Part shown: piece after piece, positions 46,547-54,573 of the stretch | Layout of the letters: every line of letters starts with the position of its first letter | Numbering within the stretch: the stretch's first letter is position 1 | Virus record (IMG/VR): IMGVR_UViG_3300014838_000016 | Location: 23,699 to 87,698 of that record | Origin: a virus | Length of the DNA: 64,000 nucleotides | Reading direction: 5' to 3' (one strand) | Translations under genes and position numbers: made by a program | Notes under the pieces: generated by a model | Told to the model about the DNA's origin: nothing | The model's database searches: none | The model's input: the letters and a program-made list of their open reading frames with translations, nothing else

Positions 46547-46926
46547 TGACAGCAACAGGGGTAGCGAAAGTGCGTATCGAGATCGGCGGTTCGTATGTCT
46601 TCGACGAATCCACGCTTGTTTACGAACTGACTCCAGAGCAAGCCAATGTTTACCAGACGGCTCAGTTCGCCTTCGAGAGAGCACGTACCGCCCGCGACAA
46701 GGCTCTGGGTGCACCCATCAGGTTTCCGAAGGGCGTCTGCAATTTCTGGCTCCAGAATGTCCGCCTGACGGTTGACGGCAATCAGTTCATCAAGGCAGGC
46801 ACCACGGGCGACATGAACGTGATCGAGTGCAGCCATGACCGCCGCGTGCTGAAGGCTCTGTTCCATCCCACGGGTTCGCCGGGATTCGGCGAAGTGACGT
46901 GGCCTCAGTACGAGAATATCGGATAA
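46543..46926 (+). CDS. hypothetical protein
   Basis: ATGA overlap. Confidence 0.65.
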   Translation: MMTATGVAKVRIEIGGSYVFDESTLVYELTPEQANVYQTAQFAFERARTARDKALGAPIRFPKGVCNFWLQNVRLTVDGNQFIKAGTTGDMNVIECSHDRRVLKALFHPTGSPGFGEVTWPQYENIG

Positions 46927-46929
46927 CCT

Positions 46930-47310
46930 ATGAGCCATCAATGCATAGCGGATGCGTTCGCCCCTGCCATAGCGCAGTACAGGGCAGAGATGCAGAAAGA
47001 AACGTGGGGGCACCTTGCTCCGTCGCGGAACAAGAAGTACCACGGCTCCTTGACGTTCGCTCTGGGCATCTTCGGCTCCGACGATCTCAACCCGACCGCG
47101 ATCTCCTGCGAGTTCAAAACCCGCAAGGGTGAGACGCTGGAGAGTTCGCCGTGGTTCTACGATGCGATGATGGATTTCATGCAGTCGCTTGAGTGCGAAG
47201 CAGGCGGCGTGTACCGCTTCGAGGGCTATTTCCGAAATTACGAGTTTTGTGGTACGATCCGCAAGGTGAACTTGGAACCACAGTTGGTGGATCGGCAACT
47301 TTGGGTTTAA
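46930..47310 (+). CDS. hypothetical protein
   Basis: TWGHLAP...SSPWFYD motifs. Confidence 0.7.
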   Translation: MSHQCIADAFAPAIAQYRAEMQKETWGHLAPSRNKKYHGSLTFALGIFGSDDLNPTAISCEFKTRKGETLESSPWFYDAMMDFMQSLECEAGGVYRFEGYFRNYEFCGTIRKVNLEPQLVDRQLWV

Positions 47311-47363
47311 CGTGGCACCTGCCAGAGCAGCCACAGGTCCAACGGGAATTGGGGAGGATAATT

Positions 47364-47686
47364 ATGCCAATAGTAGAAGGAATCATGACAATCACGCCCG
47401 AAGATATCCAGATCAAAAGGCACCTGTTCGACGCCTTCGGTCACTACGAGACCGAAATTTCCGCTCAGTGGCTCATCCGCTTTGCCCAACAGCGAGGCAA
47501 GGGGTGGAAGGCTTTCACGTACGCCCGCGTGATCGGGTGCAACAAGTTCATCCCAAGTGCGTATGCACCGCCGTCTATTGGAACGGACGACGAGAGGGGT
47601 TTGTCGTCTCCCTGAACGGAAAAACTATCGCCTCGGCGACCCAAGCGTATCAGGCGTGGCTGTTAGCGGAAGCGAAACTACTATAG
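47364..47686 (+). pseudogene. out-of-frame join of two coding fragments
   Basis: GGAGG SD and ORF to ...KAFTY; protein-like sequence resumes in another frame with no start of its own. Confidence 0.45.
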
Positions 47687-47695
47687 GAGCAAATT

Positions 47696-47884
47696 ATGGC
47701 TAAAAAGAAAGCAGTTGAGTACCCTGAGGATATCATCGTCGAAGCCAGACTTCGGCGTATGAAACCCGCCGACTACTTGCACCAGATGTCGGAGTGCAGC
47801 ATGGCTGACCAGCGGATGGACGAGATCGACCGCAAGAAGCTGGCTGAGATGCGGCCCGAGAGCATTGAAGCCGTAAGTAACTGA
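47696..47884 (+). CDS. hypothetical protein
   Basis: AGGAG SD. Confidence 0.65.
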   Translation: MAKKKAVEYPEDIIVEARLRRMKPADYLHQMSECSMADQRMDEIDRKKLAEMRPESIEAVSN

Positions 47885-47942
47885 AAATACGGCAAATGCC
47901 GCCAGACATTCCTATCGTTTCCGACCCATTTTTGGGTATAAT
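47881..47942 (+). promoter_or_regulatory. conserved phage promoter, leaderless
   Basis: CTGAAAA 47881, CCTA 47911, TATAAT 47937, ATG 47948. Confidence 0.8.
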
Positions 47943-47947
47943 AGGGC

Positions 47948-48289
47948 ATGGACAAACAGACAACGGACATGACGGTAGCGCAGACAATCCTTGAGCAGCT
48001 TGGCGGTAATCGGTTCAAGGTGATGACGGGCGCGAAGAACTTCATCGGCCATAATGACGGACTGTCTTTTCGGCTCCCCGGCGCGGGCGGCTTCTGCAAA
48101 AACGGAATCAACTACGTGTTCATTAAGTTGGAACCGTCCGACACCTACACCGTGACCTTCTCCCGCATCCGTGGCATGAAGAGCACGCAGGTAGCGCAGC
48201 ACAACGACATCTATTTTGACGCCCTCAAAGACTGCATCAGCCGCGAGACAGGTCTTGCGCTCAGCATGGGAAAGGTGGTTTTCGTATAA
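47948..48289 (+). CDS. conserved phage early hypothetical protein
   Basis: TILEQLGGNRFKVMTGAKNF...DTYTVTF...TGL. Confidence 0.8.
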   Translation: MDKQTTDMTVAQTILEQLGGNRFKVMTGAKNFIGHNDGLSFRLPGAGGFCKNGINYVFIKLEPSDTYTVTFSRIRGMKSTQVAQHNDIYFDALKDCISRETGLALSMGKVVFV

Positions 48290-48378
48290 ACGCACAAGAA
48301 AAATTCCCGAGCCCAAGAAGCAGCGGGGTTTGGCGGACTGTAGAATTTGAGCTATGCTTTTGTTAAGAGAGGGCATTT

Positions 48379-48729
48379 ATGGCGACGAGTAGATTCGGGG
48401 TGAGAGGCTCAGCCAACCGATATCAATTTCGTGTAAACGGTTTGATAATCCCCCATATCGACGTGCGGCACGCTTTGGTGAATGGCGTCCCCTGCGGCGA
48501 GTGGCAGATTGCCATTAAAGACCCTGTTCTCGGCTGGATAACCCTAGACGACAACGATAACTTGTGGGATAATGATCTGCCTCAATTCGTACTAGAGGTT
48601 AGAGACGTGACAATTCCTGCTGCCGACCACTTTTTTCTACCGAACCAAGACGGCTGGTATTCGACCACCATCGCAGGTTTGTTAGAACTTTTTGAATCTA
48701 CAGGGGTCATAATTAGGGAGACCCTCTAG
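48379..48729 (+). CDS. hypothetical protein
   Basis: GAGGG SD; AT-richer DNA. Confidence 0.6.
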   Translation: MATSRFGVRGSANRYQFRVNGLIIPHIDVRHALVNGVPCGEWQIAIKDPVLGWITLDDNDNLWDNDLPQFVLEVRDVTIPAADHFFLPNQDGWYSTTIAGLLELFESTGVIIRETL

Positions 48730-48735
48730 GGCATC

Positions 48736-48990
48736 ATGGGATTTTTCGACGACTACACCGAAAACGAAGAGCGCCCACGTCGCAAGACTCGACGGGGATT
48801 AGGTGACTCCGACAGGCTTGACTGGCAGGGCATGGCCGAAGAGATCGACGAACCTGAGGACGAGCCGAACGAGGAACTCGAAGAGGACGAGGACACGATC
48901 CAAGAACTTGAGATCGACGAGCACGGCAGGATGCGCCGTTCGAGCAGGGACGAGATCGACCCCGACTTTTGGAACCAAGACGACGAGTAG
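48736..48990 (+). CDS. small highly acidic protein
   Basis: Asp/Glu-rich. Confidence 0.7.
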   Translation: MGFFDDYTENEERPRRKTRRGLGDSDRLDWQGMAEEIDEPEDEPNEELEEDEDTIQELEIDEHGRMRRSSRDEIDPDFWNQDDE

Positions 48991-48999
48991 TCCAAACTT

Positions 49000-49269
49000 A
49001 TGAAACAAGCGATTAGAGTAGCGTTACTCTGCGTTGTGATTGGGTTTGCGTTAGGCTATCTCGGCCTGTCCATCCACAGTATCTTGGCGGAAGCGAACGT
49101 GGCTCCAAAGGTTCAGGTTCAGGCGGCAAAGCCCTCCCCCTTTCACATCTACATCGGCGGAAAGTTGTCGGCAAAAAAGCCTAAGGCAGTCCACCCACTT
49201 CCACCGCCAATGGCGTGTGGCGTGAGCGAAACCGACCCCTGCCGCCTACGCGAGGTCAGGTTTATATGA
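49000..49269 (+). CDS. exported or membrane-anchored small protein
   Basis: N-terminal hydrophobic helix. Confidence 0.65.
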   Translation: MKQAIRVALLCVVIGFALGYLGLSIHSILAEANVAPKVQVQAAKPSPFHIYIGGKLSAKKPKAVHPLPPPMACGVSETDPCRLREVRFI

Positions 49270-49556
49270 TCGCATCGACCGCAATGACGCTTGAGGCGTA
49301 CACCGCAATCCACCCAGAGATCAAAGAGCCCGCTTTGAGGCTGCTAGCCTCGTTATTGGAGCCTGTAGCTCCAGAGATACGTGCGGACTATGCCAAGGAC
49401 CCGCAGAATTGGTGGAAATGGGGACACTTCCATTTCGGCCTTGCCGTCCGCAACCAGCTTCGCCGCAAGGGGTATGACGCCAGCTACTTCGGTGTCAGCG
49501 ACTTGGATGACATTTATGTTCAATTGGTGGAGGAAAGCCTCGGATTGAAGTATTAG
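49266..49556 (+). CDS. hypothetical protein
   Basis: HFHFGLAVRNQLR...DDIY motif. Confidence 0.7.
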   Translation: MIASTAMTLEAYTAIHPEIKEPALRLLASLLEPVAPEIRADYAKDPQNWWKWGHFHFGLAVRNQLRRKGYDASYFGVSDLDDIYVQLVEESLGLKY

Positions 49557-49561
49557 GTAGT

Positions 49562-50161
49562 ATGCCCAGTGGTGTCTATCCCCGAAATAAAATCCCACAA
49601 TATTGTTCCTATTGCGGCAAACTCATTGAGGGAAAGCGTTTCCGACGAGAAAGAAAGAAGTATTTTTGTGGTGTGGACTGTAGGGTTGCATCTCAAGTTA
49701 TTCCCGCCAATACTATCCTTCCGCAAGTTCGATTGTGCCCCGGCCCATGCGACGTTGAAAAACCCATCGGTGAATTCTCGGTGCTCGGTCATACCAAAAA
49801 CAGCATCCCGTACTATGGCTGGTGTAAGCCGTGTCTCACCCAACGAGTCAAAGACCGAAGGTTATTTCGTCTTTTCAATTTGACCGTAGTGGATTATGAG
49901 AAGCTGTTGGCGTATCAAGGTGGTGTATGCGCTGTTTGTAAAAGACCATCTGAGGAAGGAAAACGACTGGCGGTTGACCATGACCATAAAACAGGCTTGA
50001 TACGGGGGCTATTGTGTCACGTCTGCAACCAGATTGTGGGGTATTTTCAAGACAATACACAGGGCTTTGAGAACGCCATCATCTATTTACAGACTATCCC
50101 CGCCGTGCTTGCTTTAGGTGCTCCTCGTTATGGAAAAATTGGTCCGCTCAAACTTCGCTAA
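49562..50161 (+). CDS. endonuclease VII-family homing endonuclease
   Basis: QGGVCAVC...LAVDHDHKTGLIRGLLCHVCN..VG. Confidence 0.88.
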   Translation: MPSGVYPRNKIPQYCSYCGKLIEGKRFRRERKKYFCGVDCRVASQVIPANTILPQVRLCPGPCDVEKPIGEFSVLGHTKNSIPYYGWCKPCLTQRVKDRRLFRLFNLTVVDYEKLLAYQGGVCAVCKRPSEEGKRLAVDHDHKTGLIRGLLCHVCNQIVGYFQDNTQGFENAIIYLQTIPAVLALGAPRYGKIGPLKLR

Positions 50162-50179
50162 ACGTGGTATCATATCCGT

Positions 50180-50437
50180 ATGAGCCACAATGATTACCAC
50201 GACACACGCGCAAAGATTCTCCTCGAAGCCGCAAAGCATTTAACCACTTACGCAAAGGAACACAGCGGTCCAGTCATTCATTTCGTCAATTTTTCTAATG
50301 ATGCCGTAAGCGGCATCATTGAAGCCGCCGCAGAGCTTCGCCGTATGGCCTCGGTCGCACGCCGCGAACACGGCAAGGTGCTCGACCGTAAACGTCGGGC
50401 AGGGCGAAAGGTTAACCCGGAGTTGGTTGGGGTCTAA
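50180..50437 (+). CDS. hypothetical protein, leaderless
   Basis: TGGTATCAT, then 6 nt, then ATG. Confidence 0.65.
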   Translation: MSHNDYHDTRAKILLEAAKHLTTYAKEHSGPVIHFVNFSNDAVSGIIEAAAELRRMASVARREHGKVLDRKRRAGRKVNPELVGV

Positions 50438-50438
50438 C

Positions 50439-50903
50439 ATGGCAAAAACTCAACTCGAACTGGAAATCGAACAGCAGGAATTGGACGCGCAGAAGAAAGC
50501 CGCTGCTAAGGAAAAGAAGGACGCGGCGGACGCCGAGAGCAATCGCCTTTATTGCCGCAATAAATTCCGCGAAGTCACCGCGCCTCTGGTTGAATGGGCT
50601 GGTGCCGAGTATTTTGCTGACCAAGCCCTCAAGTTCACCTTCCGTGACACGGAGTATCAGGTCTCGGTTGACCACCACTACAGCAACAGCCGCATGGCTG
50701 ATGATTGCCCCGAGATTGGTTGGACCTCCGCATGGTTCCTCCACGGCAAGGGCAAAAAAGAGTACATTGCGGGGGATTGGGCAAATTTCTTCCCTGACAG
50801 GGACGGCAGGTATGGTTACGGTCGTGGCCCGATCAAAGAACAGGTCGTTAAAGGCATCAAAGACATTGACGAACAGATTGAACGTGATAGGCACCGGAGA
50901 TAA
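50439..50903 (+). CDS. hypothetical protein
   Basis: ATG 1 nt after the upstream stop. Confidence 0.7.
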   Translation: MAKTQLELEIEQQELDAQKKAAAKEKKDAADAESNRLYCRNKFREVTAPLVEWAGAEYFADQALKFTFRDTEYQVSVDHHYSNSRMADDCPEIGWTSAWFLHGKGKKEYIAGDWANFFPDRDGRYGYGRGPIKEQVVKGIKDIDEQIERDRHRR

Positions 50904-50906
50904 AGC

Positions 50907-51422
50907 ATGAAAGCCGCTCAAGCACGATCCAAAGCAGTATCCATCGCACAAAAAGAAGCGGCTGATAAATCGGCGGCACTCCAGAAACGTCGTGCGGCAC
51001 TCAAGGAGTCCGTCCCGCGTCTTCGCACCGAACGCATCAAGCAGATTGAGGAAAAGTTTCGCAAACGCATCCAGTACGCCGTAGAAGACGGCGAGACGAA
51101 AACCACCATCACCCTCTCCTCCGACCACCACGACATCCTGCGTGGAGAGTATAAATACCTGCCTCAGCGTGTCGAACACCACTATGACGGGGATCGGCAA
51201 AGTTACTACCACGCATGGGGTGAAGGCTATCTCAAACATGCTCCATGGGGTAAGTATGTCAAACTGGTGCTCGCCAAACTAAAGCGCGATGGTTACAAAT
51301 GCATCGTGACGGGTGAGACCACTGGACATGACGATTCCGCCGCATACATGAACAGCGGCGGCGAGTGTGGCTCCGAGGAGACGTACTACACACGCGACAC
51401 AATCCTGACGATCAAGTGGTGA
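50907..51422 (+). CDS. hypothetical protein, tandem paralogue of the next gene
   Basis: MxAxxA...I..A...G..KT...LSS...GY...I.W pattern. Confidence 0.75.
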   Translation: MKAAQARSKAVSIAQKEAADKSAALQKRRAALKESVPRLRTERIKQIEEKFRKRIQYAVEDGETKTTITLSSDHHDILRGEYKYLPQRVEHHYDGDRQSYYHAWGEGYLKHAPWGKYVKLVLAKLKRDGYKCIVTGETTGHDDSAAYMNSGGECGSEETYYTRDTILTIKW

Positions 51423-51425
51423 AAC

Positions 51426-51848
51426 ATGAACGCCAAAGAAGCTAAACTTACCGCCCAGAAAATGGCCGAAGAACTGAAGAACGAACGCGAAGCCGCCGAG
51501 CAGAAAAGCGCCAATGAGCACGCCAAAAAATGGCGCAAGGAACGAGCCGACTGGTACACGAATCACATATCGTGGATCGAAGAATCCATCAAAGAAGCGA
51601 TTGACAAGGGGAAGGACAAGACCAATGTCTGGCTGTCGTCCTCCGATGAACCTGAGAAAGCGAAGGAAGAAGTTTTCTGGAAACGATTCGCTTTCGAGCC
51701 AGAGTTGAAGAAGGTCATCGCCCATTTCGAGGATTTGGGATACCAAATCAAGTTCCGTGTCAAGACAGAGGAACACGTCGATCTTTCCGACCTGAGTCCT
51801 CGCAACAACTGGTTCACCTACGAGACTCTCTTGGATATAAACTGGTGA
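51426..51848 (+). CDS. hypothetical protein, tandem paralogue of the previous gene
   Basis: Same pattern; terminal Trp. Confidence 0.75.
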   Translation: MNAKEAKLTAQKMAEELKNEREAAEQKSANEHAKKWRKERADWYTNHISWIEESIKEAIDKGKDKTNVWLSSSDEPEKAKEEVFWKRFAFEPELKKVIAHFEDLGYQIKFRVKTEEHVDLSDLSPRNNWFTYETLLDINW

Positions 51849-52114
51849 GCCTCGAAGAGCAGGTCGGCATCTACCTGTCGGACGTGGCTGGGCACCTACT
51901 CAGCGTGAAGATCAGCCCTGTCCGCGTCTCCTGCATCTCCTGCTCGGAAACCTGCAACATGTCGGACTTCAAGGGCAAGCGAGAGGCCGAACCAGCAGCC
52001 AAAGCTTTCATGGCGAAGCACGGAGCATTAGACCGCAAAATTGCCGATAGCATCAATGAGATTGTTGAGAAGTTTCTGGGTTTAATTGATGAGGGCAGTA
52101 CCCGTAAACCCTAA
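51845..52114 (+). CDS. hypothetical protein with CxxC
   Basis: GTGA overlap. Confidence 0.6.
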   Translation: MSLEEQVGIYLSDVAGHLLSVKISPVRVSCISCSETCNMSDFKGKREAEPAAKAFMAKHGALDRKIADSINEIVEKFLGLIDEGSTRKP

Positions 52115-52134
52115 TCGGTTGGAGTCCCATTAGT

Positions 52135-52290
52135 TCACCTTCGTCGTAGCACAACTGCGGAGTTGTCTTTCTTTCGATGTTTAGCCCCATTCCCGTCAGC
52201 GTGGTCTATGGCTAAAATTCGTACCTGCTCTCCCCGCAGCATTCGCATTTCCCACCATAATGAGCCAGACAACGTTCCCGATTTTCGTGT
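52135..52290 (-). pseudogene. decayed HNH endonuclease fragment homologous to 31748..32299
   Basis: RERCLAHYGGKCECCGESRYEF, 1-nt deletion, LAIDHADGNGAKHR, then early stop. Confidence 0.8.
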
Positions 52291-52341
52291 TTGGAAATTT
52301 TTCTAAATGAAATTCCTGTTGCTTAACTAGAGGGACTTCCA

Positions 52342-52647
52342 TTGTACGAACTCTTTCTGTTCCCAAACGAGATCGAACATCAAGGCACCCGAGAATTGGT
52401 CCGCCACAATTTCCCGCTGGCGGAACTCTGCGATGTTGTAGACCCCCCGCATATTTGCATGGACTTCCATTACGACATCAGGCTGGGGTTGTTCCTTCGT
52501 TGGGCAATGGAAACCACGGACGCCGGCAATCGGGTGATGCATTATTGCTACAACCTGTCCATGGCTTTAACCGAAATTCCCATGCCTCATTGGTTGGTAA
52601 ACGAGCTTCGCACCCAGCCCGATCTCTTCGATTCCCTGTCCCGCTAA
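52342..52647 (+). CDS. hypothetical protein (TTG start)
   Basis: GAGGGA SD. Confidence 0.6.
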   Translation: MYELFLFPNEIEHQGTRELVRHNFPLAELCDVVDPPHICMDFHYDIRLGLFLRWAMETTDAGNRVMHYCYNLSMALTEIPMPHWLVNELRTQPDLFDSLSR

Positions 52648-52740
52648 GAAATTTCCCGACTTTCAGTATTACTCTACAGTGGGCTAAATGCCCTAGTGCA
52701 GTTAAATTCAAACGAAGTACCAGTACAGTGAGGTAATCGC

Positions 52741-53661
52741 ATGACCGCAACTCTGTCCGCCGAAGTATCCAAACTCGCCCCTAAACTCTCGGGCAATCTC
52801 AAAGTCAACCAGAAAAAGCAAGCCGTCAACAACTTGGTCGCAACCTTGTTCAACACCGTTCGCATGAGCGATTGGGAGTTTGACCACGCTGAAGTTGCCT
52901 ACAAGTTCCCCCTTAACAAGAAGTTAGCTCTGTGGCTGACCACAACATCCGTCGAAGTCCGCAAGGGTATCCGTAAGTTCCCCATCGGGAACGGCAAGGA
53001 CGCCGCTCGTCTCTTCACCAACATCCAACACGCTCAAGCTGTGATTGCCAAGTCTGTCGCCGAACAGGACAAACAGGTGACGGCCTTCATGGAAGCTTTC
53101 GACATCGACGCCGAACTCGCTGGTGACGATGTGGTGAGCGCCAACTCCGAGAAGGTGGACATCAAGATCAAGTCCGCCCCAGCATCGGTCGCACCCGCCG
53201 AAACATCGGTGGAATCCGAGACCGTTGCAGCCCTACTCGCCGATGAGGACAAAGAAGATGTTCTGTCCAAAATCGCCAGTGTCGAGACTACTCTCAAGGA
53301 GTTGCAGGCCGAGGTTGACGAGGATGACCCAACCGAAAGCGACATTTTCGCCGACGTTCTGGGTTCTTCGGAAGCCAAGGCTGCTAACGACGCAAAGGTC
53401 TATGGCGATCCCGGAACCGATGTCGTAGCCGCCTTCACGGAAAAACCGACCTACCCGTCGTATCTCGTTGATAGGGCTTACGCCCGCTCTGATGCAAAGA
53501 GCAGCCTCAAATCCCTGCAAGGTCGCGTATTAGGTATTGTGGAGGCTTCCTTTTCCGACAAGGAACAGCGTGCCGCCGTCAAGACCCTCATCAACAAGGA
53601 GTTTCGCCGCGAGATGGACAAATTCGGCGGGACGAATGGGGTGGTGTCTGATGAAAACTAA
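52741..53661 (+). CDS. hypothetical protein with acidic linker
   Basis: GAGGT SD; LQGRVLGIVEASFSDKEQRAAVKTLI C-terminal domain. Confidence 0.8.
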   Translation: MTATLSAEVSKLAPKLSGNLKVNQKKQAVNNLVATLFNTVRMSDWEFDHAEVAYKFPLNKKLALWLTTTSVEVRKGIRKFPIGNGKDAARLFTNIQHAQAVIAKSVAEQDKQVTAFMEAFDIDAELAGDDVVSANSEKVDIKIKSAPASVAPAETSVESETVAALLADEDKEDVLSKIASVETTLKELQAEVDEDDPTESDIFADVLGSSEAKAANDAKVYGDPGTDVVAAFTEKPTYPSYLVDRAYARSDAKSSLKSLQGRVLGIVEASFSDKEQRAAVKTLINKEFRREMDKFGGTNGVVSDEN

Positions 53662-53848
53662 TAGGATCAGCGAGATCGTCCAGCTTGTTCGCAACGAGGA
53701 CGGCACCATGGACATCCTTTTCAACGAGGAGTCCAAGGCCCGTTCTGCAACCCTGACCACCGACTACGGGGCAACCATCAAATTGAAGCGTCCCCGCTGT
53801 TCGTACCAGATTAGCGACAGGATCGTGAACATCTCCATACGTGCTTAA
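53651..53848 (+). CDS. hypothetical protein
   Basis: Overlapping start. Confidence 0.55.
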   Translation: MKTNRISEIVQLVRNEDGTMDILFNEESKARSATLTTDYGATIKLKRPRCSYQISDRIVNISIRA

Positions 53849-54573
53849 TGAGCGAAGAGCTTGAAATTCGATTACAGGGGGTGGAGTTGACAGAACAAGC
53901 CAGCTTTGCTCCCGCTTCGTGCGGCATTTATGGGATTTTCAATTTTATAGACAATGCCTTCTACGTGGGTTCTTCCCTAAGCGTCCGTAGACGTTTGAAA
54001 GACCATCTTTCAAAATTACGAAATACTAAACATCGCAATCGGGACCTTCAAACTCGTTGGGGTAACACCGAAGAATCGAATTGGTGTTTTGTGCTATTTG
54101 AGCTTTGCACCCCCGAAGAACGTTTTGTTAAAGAACAGTGGTTTATAGATGTCCGTTTATCTCATTTCGAGGGATATAATCTCTCGGGTAAGGCGGGGCA
54201 TCCAGCAACCTATCAATGGACTCCCGAACAACGAGAACGACATTCCAAAGCTCAGTTACGTCGTTTTCAAGAACAGCCCCTCACTATCGTTGAAAAGCGA
54301 CGGTTACAAACGCTTAATTTAGGAAGAAAACTACCGCAAGAAGAAAAGGACAGAATATCTCAAAAGCTAGAAGGGCGGACGTTTTCGCCCGAAACTATAC
54401 GACGTATGTCCGAGGGGCATCGTAGGCAATTCGCATTAAATCCCGTCTCATTAAAAACCCGACAGAAAATGTCCGAGTCGGGAAAGAAGAAAATCTTTAC
54501 GGAGGAGCACAAGAAGAACATTGGTGGTGGGCAACAGAAACGTTGGGCGCGAGAAAGAGCGGCCCATGTCTGA
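53848..54573 (+). CDS. GIY-YIG homing endonuclease with NUMOD3-like repeats
   Basis: GIYGI...FYVGSS..VRRR..H, HRNRDLQ, EQWFI, GYN; FSPETIRRMSE and KTRQKMSES repeats. Confidence 0.9.
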   Translation: MSEELEIRLQGVELTEQASFAPASCGIYGIFNFIDNAFYVGSSLSVRRRLKDHLSKLRNTKHRNRDLQTRWGNTEESNWCFVLFELCTPEERFVKEQWFIDVRLSHFEGYNLSGKAGHPATYQWTPEQRERHSKAQLRRFQEQPLTIVEKRRLQTLNLGRKLPQEEKDRISQKLEGRTFSPETIRRMSEGHRRQFALNPVSLKTRQKMSESGKKKIFTEEHKKNIGGGQQKRWARERAAHV

